From: Bugula neritina
Taxonomy: Eukaryota > Animalia > Bryozoa
Assembly: GCA_964035545.1 (NCBI GenBank)
Contig: OZ037767.1
Coordinates: 32,194,628-32,258,627 of the forward strand
Direction of reading: 5' to 3'
DNA length: 64,000 bases
Below, piece after piece: positions 28,001-42,678 of this stretch (positions are counted from its first letter, which is position 1; every line of letters begins with the position of its first letter). A model generated the notes under the pieces. The model did not search any database. It saw nothing but the letters and a program-made list of their open reading frames with translations, and was not told the origin of the DNA. A program made the position numbers and the translations under genes.

Positions 28001-31000
28001 CTCTCCTCACGCCCTTCCAGTGTCTCATTTGATGTTGCAAAACCTCACTGGACCTTGCGGATAGTGAGCGACGCTCCAGCCGCTGTGAGTCAACTCGTAT
28101 ACTTGGAATATTCCTTGTAGGTCACTGTAGGTTATTGTAGGTCACTGCAGGTTATTGTATACCTCACTGCAAGTTACTCTAGGTTACTGTAGGTTACAGA
28201 TTGGTAGGCTTGCTAGTATTTTAGACATTTATTGGCCAAAGATTTAGTGTACTATTAACCAACTAAACTGCGAACTGTGTTCGTAAGCTTACAATGTTTG
28301 GGAGTTGAGTGGTTCTTGGGCGATTAGTCATGTATCACAATACACGTCTTATCCTTGGCCTCACATAACTTGTCACTAATAAACGAATAACAGAAGTTGT
28401 GTATTTGCCTGTCACTAACGAGTCACGACTTTCTTGCCAGCAACCCCTCGAGTCTTCCACCAATAAAAAAGTGACAAAGCCTGCGGAAGTGGTTGAGTCG
28501 GTGATAGTAAGTGTTGCAAGTGTAATCTCTCCTCTGATTCGTCCGCGTGACTGACTGTATCCCCAGTCTCAACCAACTACTCCTTCTCATCCTTTCATGT
28601 AGTCTTAGTCGACTCTCTGTGACTATGGATCACTGTGTGTCACTAGGTGTCACTGTGTGTTGGCATGTGTCACTAGGTATCACTGTGTGTCGGCATGTGT
28701 TACCAAGTGTCACTAGGTGTCACTGTGTGTTGGCATGTGTCACTAGGTATCAGCATGTGTCACTAGGTGTCACTGTGTGTCGGCATATGTTAACATTTGT
28801 CACTGAGTGTCAATATGTTTCACTAAGTGTCAGCATTGGTCACTATGAGTAATAGTTGCCAAATAACTTTCTAATACTTCAACTAACCACTGTTAATCAT
28901 TCTATCCCTCTTCATCAGCTGTCTTCTACTTTAGTATGTCTAGTGCTCAACTGCTGAGCTATCATTACTATAGCCACCAATATCTCTTTCTGTTTTAAAT
29001 ATTTTATTAATTATTTTGCAGCAAAACAAGAAACTTAAGGTATAAATAATAATTCATTGTATTTAATAATTAGTATGTTGAAAGTAGATCCACTTTATAT
29101 ATTCATCTTTGCCAGTTTAATGTTATTTTCCTCCAGTTAAGAAATGGTTTGCTTTGATTTTGATGTTTTTCGTGATGATAGTTTTATTTCTGTAAAAATG
29201 CTTGCATCAAATGTTTCACTAGATGTTGAGATTATAATATAGGGGTGTATAATATAGGGGTGAATAATATAGAGGTGTATAATATAGGGGTGTATAATAT
29301 AGGGGTGTATAATATAGGGGTGTATAATATAGGGGTGGATATACTAATGTTCTGTTAGGAAGAAATAGAAGTCAAGAAAGATACTGAACGGGCAGATGAA
29401 ATTAGAGCCATGAAGAAAGCGTGGGAGGAGGCTGAACCAGGAAGAGCTACGAAGGTTACCAGAATATATATCACTCATATTACTCATATTACCAGTACAT
29501 ATTACTCGTATTACCAGAATATATTGCTCATATTACTAGTATATGTTACTCGTATCACTAGTATATATGTTACTCGTATTACCAGTATATGTATTACTCA
29601 TATATATTACTAGTATTACCAGTATATATATTACTCGCATTACCAGTATATATTACTCATAATACCAGTATATAGTACTCGTATTACTAGTATATTTTAC
29701 CCGTATTACCGGAATATATTACATTACTCGTATTACCAGTATATATATTACTCGTATTACCAGTATATATTACTCATACCAGTATATATTACTCATAATA
29801 CCAGTATATATTACCCGTATTACCAGTATAGTAATTAGCTGTGGTACGTTGTATAGGCACAACTTTCCAGACAGAAGTACCTGGCGTCACACATGATCAA
29901 AGTAGACGATAATGAGGAGTCCCTACCACCCCCTCCTACCGCTCAGTCAGCCGACTTTGAAGAGGAAATGGTCTACAGTTTGCAGCCCCCACCTGGCCCT
30001 AAGGCGAAGGAAATCCTACAGCCATTAGATGTGACACCCTTCCTCAGGTAAGCTGACACCTTCTTCAGGTAAGCTGACACCTTTCTCAGGTAGGCTGACA
30101 CCTTTCTCGGGTAGGCTGACACCTTCCTCAGGTAGGCTGACATCTTCCTCAGGGATGCTGACACTTTCCTCAGGTAAGCTGACACCTTTCTCAGGTAAGC
30201 TGGCACCTTCCTCAGGTAGGCTGACACCTTTCTCGGGTAAGCTGACACCTTCCTCAAGTAGGCTGACACCTTTCTCGGGTAGGCTGACACCTTACTCAGG
30301 TAGGAAACTGTTGTATATATTATATATATAAATATATATTTGTTGCATACAGGAAATTGTATGACACGCCGAGATATAAAGACGAGGCAGAAGATCGCAG
30401 ACAAATGGAAGCTCGGCAAAAAGAGATACAGGAATACAGGATGTTCAGAGAAAAAGTGGAACAGTGGAGAGAAGAAGACCTGCAGGAGAGGAACAGAATG
30501 AAGGTTCAACAACTGGAAGAGTGTGAGCGTCTGCAGGTAAAGGGAGACGACATTGTGTGCGTGTTGATAATTCACCTGCTGGACATCTAACAAGACGTGC
30601 TAACCAACTAATCTATGTGCACAATAATCATGTGTAGAAGTGACTTGGCCTTTTCATTGGTAGACCGAGTGGCCAATGGGGATGTTGTTTGCATTTCACT
30701 GTGCTGTTAGACTCTGTGGTAAAGATGAGAAGGCGTATTGCATTGACATGTATGTTGGTGTGATTGATAGGCAAGGGTTGACTCTATTCGACACATGCGG
30801 TTACAGAATCACCGTAGACTGGCAGAACGGGCCACTGTGTATGATCCTTTCTCTGTTGTTTATTTATATTGTACTAGATGTAGGCTAACCCTGTGATAAT
30901 CAACTCCAATCACTGCAACTACTCTTTCCCAATTGTGTTTGTGTGATTCCCAAGTCACAAGTACTTGAATCTATGACTCAATTTCACTCGATTAACCGAA

Positions 31001-31671
31001 TCACCTTCCAGTAGATAAGTAGGTGAACATTTAGCCTTCATAGCCCAAAAATGAATGCAGATTTGAGAGTTTTAGATGTCCTCTTCCTTTGATCTAATCT
31101 AGTTCAGTTGAATGCTTCGTTTGTGCTTTTGTATCACAGATATTATTTAGATGTGAATCCATTATAATTATATTTATGTTGTCTTTGACTCTTCTATTTT
31201 AAATGTTGAAGTTATGATGTGTAGTTTCATGTGCATTCTCCATACCACAGACATTGCAGTTGTCACAGTAGTATACATACTGTTGTATTATACAACAGTA
31301 TATATACTATTGTATTATACAACAGTATGTATACTATTGTATTATACAACAGTATGTATACTATTGTATTATACAATAGTATATATACTGTTGTATTATA
31401 CAACAGTATGTATACTGCTGTATAATACAACATTATATAATATTACATGTATTTTTAGGCAAAATTAGATGAAAAACGGGCGGAGATTAACGCTCCAAGA
31501 GAGGCATTTAGGCAAAAATATTTGGAAGCTGAGAGATTGCGATTGGAGGAACTAGCGGCAGCAGAGGCAGCGTTAAAAGCAGATGCAGAAAAATTAGCCC
31601 CGTCACCAAAAGGGAAGAAGAGTGGAAAGAAGAGTCCTAAAGCTAGCGGAAAATCCGGCAAAAAGAAATGA
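1324..31671 (+). CDS. ADGB: Androglobin (calpain-like domain, circularly permuted globin, IQ-like motif), multi-exon
   Basis: Frame-consistent GT-AG exons: 1324-1385, 2758-2839 (WPEWSDNDVNAEKW), 4017-4067, 5106-5204 (HFFDDPEGKVDLPPSL), 5350-5430, 5563-5787 (PWDHIY..YNPHGKYVVRLWWM), 6027-6166 (GCWRKLIVDD..ELWPMLLTKALIK), 6343-6432 (IHCLTGWLPE), 7678-7840, 8129-8234, 8446-8582, 8742-8986 (PPWKLIR..LEISSPYINY), 10220-10376, 12568-12678, 15029-15149, 15387-15573 (WMDFDVFCKCF), 15681-15747, 17055-17139, 17444-17671 (FVDSLKP), 18272-18392, 18535-18676, 18814-18981 (globin E-F helices), 19129-19273, 20162-20227, 21627-21852 (IQ-like), 22535-22724, 22826-22934, 23876-24059, 24452-24660, 25232-25293, 26089-26275, 27858-28084, 29359-29454 (VKKDTERADEIRAMK), 29857-30047, 30353-30536, 31459-31671 (TGA). 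Motifs are collinear with vertebrate ADGB as recalled; exons in low-complexity linkers are less certain. Confidence 0.95.
2865..3112. repeat. 21-nt minisatellite
   Basis: TAGTACTAGTCACTCATACTC tandem copies. Confidence 0.9.
4121..4287. repeat. 12-nt minisatellite
   Basis: GTATGTACACAG tandem copies. Confidence 0.95.
4645..5010. repeat. 24-nt minisatellite
   Basis: AATAGTACCCTTTACACTGTACTC tandem copies. Confidence 0.95.
6433..6822. repeat. 20-nt minisatellite beginning at an ADGB splice donor
   Basis: GTAAGTGTAGAATATGTAGA, about 19 copies. Confidence 0.95.
6981..7520 (+). CDS. Candidate 540-nt cassette exon of ADGB
   Basis: Pyrimidine-rich acceptor ttcttctag, donor CG|gtactt, phase 2/2 matching the flanking exons, open for 180 codons (part of ORF 6985-7596). 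Confidence 0.55.
7855..8108. repeat. 36-nt minisatellite of GT...AG units
   Basis: GTGTCTGGTTAGTTGTGTGATGACACACTCTGGCAG, about 7 copies. Confidence 0.95.
9472..10090. repeat. 16-nt minisatellite
   Basis: GAATCAGTGAGTTAGT tandem copies. Confidence 0.95.
10742..11394. repeat. 27-nt minisatellite
   Basis: GTGTTACTATGTATACTCTGTACTCCR, about 24 copies. Confidence 0.97.
12075..12503. repeat. ATCATGTGAC-based compound minisatellite
   Basis: Alternating 13- and 16-nt units. Confidence 0.9.
13262..13831. repeat. 20-nt minisatellite
   Basis: TCCCATCAAGTCACTGTATA tandem copies. Confidence 0.95.
15227..15392. repeat. 41-nt acceptor-junction repeat, about 4 copies
   Basis: GTAAAGTCAYGTGAYTATATATAAAGTAAATACTGCTGYAG ending at the exon 15387 acceptor. 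Confidence 0.9.
15833..16270. repeat. 26-nt minisatellite
   Basis: GTGACATCATCAAGTGAGATCACTCA tandem copies. Confidence 0.95.
16790..17033. repeat. 14-nt minisatellite
   Basis: CAGTCAGTGTACYA tandem copies. Confidence 0.95.
17694..18238. repeat. 21-nt minisatellite
   Basis: GTATTGTGTTGARTAGTATAA, about 26 copies. Confidence 0.97.
19300..19782. repeat. 49-nt minisatellite
   Basis: TATACTATAACTCTCTCTACAGCTATATATACCTACCTCTATTGTTCTC, about 10 copies. Confidence 0.95.
20600..21381. repeat. 22-nt minisatellite
   Basis: GACTAGCTGGTGCTATGACACT, about 35 copies. Confidence 0.97.
22946..23830. repeat. 18/23-nt compound minisatellite
   Basis: CTGTATACTATCACTATA(CTATA) tandem copies. Confidence 0.95.
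24690..25197. repeat. Imperfect (CTA)n/(CCA)n trinucleotide tract
   Basis: Fills most of one ADGB intron. Confidence 0.95.
26625..27133. repeat. 24-nt minisatellite
   Basis: TACCTGGGACTACCTACAATACAT tandem copies. Confidence 0.95.
30032..30304. repeat. 21-nt donor-junction minisatellite
   Basis: GTARGCTGACACCTTYCTCAG, 12 copies at 30048-30299. Confidence 0.97.
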
Positions 31672-31707
31672 GTAGCATCGCCTGTAGTAACTTCAGAATT
31701 AACAATT

Positions 31708-31847
31708 CATTGCCATTCAATATCCGTCCATTGGCATTCAATATCCGTCCATTGCCATTCAATATCCGTCCATTGGCATTCAATATCCGTCCATTGCCAT
31801 TCAATATCCGTCCATTGGCATTCAATATCCGTCCAATGCCATTCAAT
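31708..31847. repeat. 21-nt minisatellite in the ADGB 3' UTR
   Basis: CATTGSCATTCAATATCCGTC, about 6.5 copies. Confidence 0.9.
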
Positions 31848-32270
31848 ATTGTATTTTTGTATTAGCTGTTATAGTTGGTTGTTTCGAATTTGTGCTCTTC
31901 AATGTATATAGCCAGTAAAATTCAACACAATTTTATAATAAATATAATATAATAATTACGTATCACTCAACGTGTTATTAAACCTTCTGCATTTCTCAGG
32001 CTTATGCATTATCAGCCATTTTCAAAAAGATGTCCAGATAAGACAAATTCACATAGTCAAAGTTGATTTTTAAGTAAATCAATAAATACATTGTATTACA
32101 AAACTAGAAAATAACTCCAAATGGTAGAAATAAATGTAGAGTTAGTTGTATGATGCACATAATATTTACAGAACACACAAATTATATGACTATCCCGTCA
32201 GCTTTAAACGAGTAGAACTGTTGATGACATCATCTGAGAGAGATGAGACCGTATGCACTCACAACTGAGT

Positions 32271-33426
32271 CTACTTATCACCAGGTTTCCATCCATAAAG
32301 ACAGAAGCTCTGGAGGGCGTCTATTGAAGGAAGAGGAAAGTGTTCATCTAGCAGGGCCTGATACCCATTGATGCCGCACTTGGCCTGTATTCTGAGAGCT
32401 TTGGTGAGCGTCTCCTTCGACCAGCTTTGGCCACGTTTAGTCTTTCCAGTCAAGACGCAGAGTTGGTCCTCATTGAACACTTTGCTCAATCTCTCATGCA
32501 GAAACTCTGTCTGTTTTTTGAGGGCTGTGTGAGCCACCCCTTCCTACAGCATCATACAACACTGTGACTGTATACTAACCTCTCACCACACAGTCAATGT
32601 ATATTCACACGTATCTATGCACATACCATTCTTTCTCTTTTCTTCCTTCCTTCTAGAATGCTTATCAACGAGTCAATTTTCCTCAACAGTGTGTCTTTGT
32701 CCATGTCTACCAGCTCTCTAGAACTGCGCACTGGGTAGTCATCTACAATATCTCCTGCGATAAACCTTCCAAAACTATTGACTATTACAAAATTTGATAT
32801 TTTCTTTACAAAGTAAACTCACCCATGAATGTCCTACCATCTTTATTTACTGAGTAGTTATGCTCCGAACCCTCGACAGTATTGGCTGTGGAGGTCTCTT
32901 CTGATTCAGTTAACTCAGTGGGTTCTTCACTAGCTTTCTGAGAAACTGGCGACTCAGAGACGTTGGGTGGACTGGAGTTTGTTTCAGCGACGTCTGCGGA
33001 TACGTCTGCAGTCTTTGGCCGGCAGGGTTTAAGTCTTGAGCAACGCTTTTGTTTAGTCTGACTTCTGGTTCTAGGAAACTGAGTTGGCACTGCACTGCGC
33101 TTCAGCAGGCGCCGCTTGTCAGCTCTGTTGAGTTCATACTGAGAGTCGGCAAAGTGCACCTGCAATTGGACAATACAAAGCCAGTGTTGGAGAAGCTGCA
33201 ATAGAGTGGCAAATAGAGACCGATGTAGTATGACCTATTGAGAGAAAATAAGTCTTCATAACCCAACACTCACGTTGCAGATTTCACTGCGTTTAGTAGG
33301 AAACCAATTCGGTCTTGCAACATTCACAGCCCAAATTTTTGTTCTCACTGGGTCTCTAGGGAAACGGTGCATTTGAAACCCTTTAACTGAACTATTAGAG
33401 CAACCAAGCACACAACAGCCACCCAT
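32271..33426 (-). CDS. THAP zinc-finger protein with P-element transposase N-terminal (coiled-coil/HTH) region and no catalytic domain
   Basis: Exons 33426-33274 (MGGCCVLGCSN..HRFPRD..W..W..SEICN), 33159-32823 (VHF..AVPTQFP), 32742-32627, 32543-32271 (WSKETLTKALRIQAKCGINGYQALLDEHFPLPSIDALQ, then stop). C2CH THAP signature with AVPT box. Confidence 0.88.
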
Positions 33427-35516
33427 CTTGGTTGTATAGCTTAACAGACAGCTCCAACTGTAATAGACAAGTTAGTTATTACTTATATTTAATTATAATG
33501 GAATGGAGAATACAAGATGCTCCCTGAAAATACGTGCTAAATCATCTTAAGAGAAATTAATTACAAAAGTCCTTTTGCAATCTCAAGCTTTTTGATAAAA
33601 TCTCACACTTTCTGTGTTTAGAAAGGTTAGGGTGTATTGAATCCTAGACAACACACTGCTCCTTTGTTGCACTTGAAAGAAAATGTGCCATGAGCTTGCT
33701 TCATAGCATTTAGCTATGAAAGACCGGATATCACTATGAAGCTATATTACTCTTCCATTATCATTATTATAATATTAATATTATCATAGAACTCTCCCAT
33801 ATGATACTCCTCTGTTCTTATTACTATTACTATTAGTAGGCCTATTGGTAATAGTATTACCATAAGTAGAACTGTCAACTAACTACTAGTAGTAGCTGTA
33901 AGATGATCTGATGTTGACAAGCTACAAGCTAGCAAGTACTAAAGCTACTGACAAGTGATAGCCGAAGGAAAGCCAACAAGGAACACTCTGGAGCTGGAGC
34001 TTAGCCTGGTAGGTTAACACTACAGTAGCACTGCAGTGCTACTACTAGTACTAGTATTACTATTAGTATTACTGCATTAGCATTAGTACTACTAGAACCA
34101 GTACGGGTACTAGCACTACTAGTACTACTACTACTGTACTACTGCTACTGTACTAGTAGTATTACTACTTTTAGTGTTACTATTATTATTACTATATAAC
34201 TATTAGTATTAGTATCAGTATGAGTATCATAATAATAAATATAATTAATTTTATTATTAGTATAATTAATATTATTACTATTAATATTACAATTACTATT
34301 AGTATTAGTATCCGTATTAATATTATTATTATTATTACTATTAAAGTTACTATAACTATTGCAGTATTACTCACATTAGTATTACTATTACTATTAGTAT
34401 TAGACTTAGTATAAAATATCACAGGTGACAGTCACAGTGACCGCGATTATAAATATACATATCATAGCTGTTCAGGTGGTACACAAAACTATCAGTATTA
34501 CTATTACAGTATTAGATTTAGTATCACGACAAACATAAATTATTTTTAATTTAATTATTACTATAACTATAAGTATAAGTATAAAATTAAAATTAAATTA
34601 TACTTGAGATTGAATATTCTAATTCTTTGTTCATTTTCGTGTCATTTCAAACTGGCTTTCAGAAACTCACTTATTTCAACTTTAGGATTTTGATTTTAGC
34701 TCAACTTCAAGTGTTAGTATAATTATTAGTATTACCTCAAGAGGATCTGAAGCGATCCATCTCAAAATGTAAATTGAAACAGTTGTCAAGAAATGGCGCC
34801 TTACAGGGTGAAGGTCTATTGATGAACCATCACAAATCAAGCTACAGCGAGTATAATTAATATTAATATGAATGGAATTTCCCAGTCATAAATTATTTCT
34901 TCAGAATTAATTTGTTCAAGAGATGTAGGTCTATATGGATAGCTGCAGCAGGTGCAAGTATATACCATTGTTATGTAATATATAGTATACATAATATTAA
35001 GATTGTGCAAATAAACGCACAAATTAATAACAGAAAGCAGGTAAGTTGTTTTGCATAAACAAGCCGAGAGCAAAAAATTTATTTCATTCTCAGACTTAAC
35101 CAACTTAAGCCATAAAAAAATTCATTGCTTTTTCAAATAACTTAAAATAAAACTAAAGCCATCAATTAAGTAAATCTTGTAAGAATATGCACCAGTGAAA
35201 AAGTATATAAACATGCTATATAAAAAATTCAAATTGTAAACAGAAGAAAAAAAAGTATGGATATAGAATAATGCTAAAATAACAATAGAAGAAGGGTTCA
35301 GCTGAAAACATGCCAAAACCATTGCAGCATTCTAGTGTATATAAGAGATGAATGTGAATCAAGGAAAAGGATAAATTGATTTTAAGTGAAGAATATTGCA
35401 CAGTACAATTGCATTGTTAAAGTATACCTCACGTCAAGTGAGTCACTTAACATGAGTCACGTGTAGAGATTAAAAGACTAAATCTATTATACAGTGTTGC
35501 TGTTGATACAACAGTG

Positions 35517-39130
<3,614 letters not shown>

Positions 39131-40747
39131 CTATGAGGGAATTAAACATCTGCACTTTGCTGTGTGGGCTGACATATTCACATGACTAAAAGTAGAAACA
39201 TTATATAAGGCTGTGAAATAACTGAATTTTGAAAAGACGGGGAGTTTGAGGGGTTTAGGATTATGACTGCACTATAAAGTGAAACCTGGATGAGAGAATT
39301 ATGGTGATACGTATTTACTTGTATGATTTAGCCACGTTAGTGGTAATCAAATAAATATTATCATTACGATGATCCTAAAACTAAAATTATCACCATGGTT
39401 TATAATATCTTAGATTATCACTATTTCACTGTACTTTCAGTTACTGTTGAGATCTAAAAAAACCCAAAAGTTAAAAGCAGTAAAAGAAATTTTTTAACAC
39501 TGCCATAGTTATTAAACGTGATATTGATAATCAGTCACATACAGTCATGCTGATAGTGAGGGCCACACATACTCATAGTCACTACAACTAAATTCTAAAG
39601 TAATAATATTATTAGAGTATTACTAGTAGCGTTATAATCAATATTTATCAAAGCTCTTACTGTTGTAAAATTAATACTATTATTATTATTACTATTACTC
39701 TATTGCTGCTAGTGCTAATGACATTAATTAATTAAATAAATTTAATAATAGTATTTATTATTATTTACTCATCATCAAATTATAATCATTATTATTAGTA
39801 ATAACTATTATGGTCATGATTAAAATTATTAATTATGATTAAGATTATGATCATTACAATATCAACTACTATTGTGGTTATGAATAAATATAATAAGTTC
39901 TGAGTATCATTAGGATTATAATAATAATATTCATAATCATAACGATAACCATAATTATAATGATTAATTATTTAATATAATGATGAAATTAAATATAATC
40001 ATTATCATTATGATTATCATTATGATAATCCTTATTATTATGATTATGTATATGTACTTGTAGATATGTAATTTTGTAAATACTAAATCAAAATAATTAA
40101 CTTTATTGGTGTGAATGAAGGTTCAAAGTAATGCACATGGAAATAATTTTTTTGAGTGGTATTATCATAATAATGACTTTTTTCCTTTAATTATCAATAA
40201 ATTAGAAATTAAACCATTTTCCTTCGTTACAGCAATGCTAACCTTAGTATCTCAATAATTTTCCATACCAACCATGGAACTTACCGCATATTCTAGATAT
40301 TATTATGAATAAGAAAGGTGAACGAAATTTATCATATTCTAGATATTCCACTTCTCACTTTTACGTACATCAAGCTAGCGAATCCAGTTAACGCATCAAT
40401 GCATGAGGCAACAACTCTAGCTTTTGTAGCAGACCAGTATTTACTCATATAATATTCTTCCTTGTATTATAATGGATGTGTGTACTTCTACTAGACGCTC
40501 TAGAGTCTAGACTCTAGAGTTTAGAGCAATAACTCTCTAATTAAATAGTTGTTATAGCAACTCTATAATGCGAAAAACGTTTGTACAAAATTCAATTACA
40601 GTTCAAACTCACGCGCTATGGCATCAAAAAATGCCTCTCTTTCATTTTAGTTCTAGTTATACAAATCCTTAAAACATTGGTCAGCTAGTATCAAACTATG
40701 CATCACATATAAGTCTATAAAGGCAAAAGATTTTCACAAACTGCTAG

Positions 40748-40847
<100 letters not shown>

Positions 40848-40862
40848 TGTTCTGTACTCTGT

Positions 40863-40909
40863 TCTGTGCTGATGAGGGGACAAATCCCGAAACAGCTGCT
40901 GTCTACAGA
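40863..40909 (+). ncRNA. Type I hammerhead ribozyme, copy 1
   Basis: Stem I TCTGTG/TACAGA; core CTGATGA (40869-40875); stem II GGGA-CAAA-TCCC; GAAAC (40889-40893); stem III ACAG-CTG-CTGT; cleavage triplet GTC (40901-40903). Confidence 0.9.
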
Positions 40910-41171
40910 TTGAGATATTACGCTCTCATTTGATGCTCAGCAATGACATTAAATGATTGAGCACTCTCACCATGGTCACAAACTCAAGCTGCTAGCATTT
41001 TGCAATGCTCGTGACTCCTAGGTGACCCCTAGAGTCACTTGAGCACTCTGGCTTGAGTTTACACACCTTTTAAATATGCTTTAGTAAAACTATAAGTTTT
41101 ACTATTGCGAAGGCATTGAACTATAATCCAGTTCAGTTCAGTGTGCGAAGGTGTGGGCCATGGTACTCTGT

Positions 41172-41218
41172 TCTGTGCTGATGAGGGGACAAATCCCGAA
41201 ACAGCTGCTGTCCACAGA
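41172..41218 (+). ncRNA. Type I hammerhead ribozyme, copy 2
   Basis: Same as copy 1 with fully Watson-Crick stem I TCTGTG/CACAGA; CTGATGA at 41178-41184; GTC at 41210-41212. Confidence 0.9.
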
Positions 41219-41220
41219 TT

Positions 41221-41340
<120 letters not shown>

Positions 41341-41457
41341 GTAGTTTCTATAATTAAAAATGAATCAAAAGAACTCAATATTTCGAAAAATAGAGTATTT
41401 ATATTTGGTACTAATACAATTTTGGATATAAAAATAAACTTAGATCTTCATTCTATT

Positions 41458-41502
41458 GACTACAATATTGTTTCACGTAGTGCGAGCTACGATCATCAGG
41501 TC
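41458..41502 (-). ncRNA. Minimal type I hammerhead ribozyme in the 3' UTR of the Penelope-like element
   Basis: Minus strand reads GAC-CTGATGA-T-CGTAG-CTCGCA-CTACG-T-GAAAC-AATATT-GTA-GTC; palindromic stem III ACAATATTGT; GUA cleavage triplet. Confidence 0.82.
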
Positions 41503-41571
41503 GTTGTGTGTACGCTTGAGTGATTTTGTTTTGAAATTAGTATTGTTAGTGTATTACTACGCTGGAATGTT

Positions 41572-42678
41572 TTAACTAGCGTCTGTTAAGTGCGCAAGTA
41601 AAAATTTGCGTTTATGTCTACACGTGGTGGAAAGCTCTTTTCGTTTGTTGAGGGAAGATAATTCCGGTTGTTTTAAAATTATATACTTCTCATAGTTGCA
41701 TAAATTACATCTATTGGTTAGGTTTGAGTATGATTTGCAAATCTTTAAAATATTCCATTTTAAGCTGAATTTTGTTTTGTTGTCTTTTAAATTCCAGATG
41801 TGTCTGCTGAGTTGCGTGCTGTTAGCTTTATCTGCATGTAGGAAAGAGGCTTTGTGGTTATTGAATCTGGTTTTGAAGGTAGTCGAACAGAGTCCTATGT
41901 ATGAATGGCTGGAATTATTGTCCTGTCTTGTTACAGTTGCTTGGTATATTACGTCTTTGTATAAGCATTTACCATTTAGTGGACAGTGGGAAGGTTGTTT
42001 GCAGTTACATTGTGTGTCATTTAGTTTAGTAGCGGTAGTAGGGGTGTGTGCGGTTTTAAGTTTGTGATGGTTCGAGCCATCAATAATATTTTTCATGTTG
42101 GGCATGCATGAATAGCTAATTTTTATAGTTTTCCTATTGAAAATTTTACTTAGTTGGTTGGATGGTGGAAAGCATTTGTCGATGATTTGAAGAAATTTCT
42201 TCCCTATTTTGGTTTTTACTGTTGAACTAAAAGGTGGGTTGTACCACAATATGTTTCTGTTTCTATTTCTATTATTGTTGTTGGATTTGGGTGTCGGGTT
42301 ATATTTTAATTTATAGTCATATCCACTGTTTGATAGTGCTTCTTGGTACGGTTGTATGGTGTTTTTAAACTCTTCTTCATTGGAGGATAGTGAGCTAAGT
42401 CTTTTATTTATATTTTCTGGTATGTTTTTCAATACTGCAGGTGGGTGGTCGCTTTGTTTGTGAACGTAGAGGATAGTGTTTCCAGGTTTTGTATAGGGTT
42501 TATAGGATTGGTTAGTCAAGTTGAATGTTACATCTAGAAAGTTTACAACTTTCTTATTGGCTTCTATTGTGATTGAGAGATTAAATTTTCTAAAAAAGTT
42601 GCAAATTTGTTTTTTGTTCTGTTCTATGTGTCTAGGTGTTCCTTCGCAAACTATGAGTCCATCATCTCTATACAGGCC
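41572..42678 (-). CDS. Penelope-like RT/GIY-YIG polyprotein, N-terminally truncated
   Basis: ORF 41572-42519 extends upstream without stops to 42678; no start codon because of the truncation. Confidence 0.85.
   Translation of the reverse strand, partial: GLYRDDGLIVCEGTPRHIEQNKKQICNFFRKFNLSITIEANKKVVNFLDVTFNLTNQSYKPYTKPGNTILYVHKQSDHPPAVLKNIPENINKRLSSLSSNEEEFKNTIQPYQEALSNSGYDYKLKYNPTPKSNNNNRNRNRNILWYNPPFSSTVKTKIGKKFLQIIDKCFPPSNQLSKIFNRKTIKISYSCMPNMKNIIDGSNHHKLKTAHTPTTATKLNDTQCNCKQPSHCPLNGKCLYKDVIYQATVTRQDNNSSHSYIGLCSTTFKTRFNNHKASFLHADKANSTQLSRHIWNLKDNKTKFSLKWNILKICKSYSNLTNRCNLCNYEKYIILKQPELSSLNKRKELSTTCRHKRKFLLAHLTDAS

Noticed and set aside
34030-34600. Hydrophobic Ile-rich ORFs
   Set aside because: AT-rich low-complexity (ATT/ACT)n DNA.
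41572-42678. Selenoprotein-type Penelope-like element
   Set aside because: No in-frame UGA in the retained portion; Cys motifs use normal codons.
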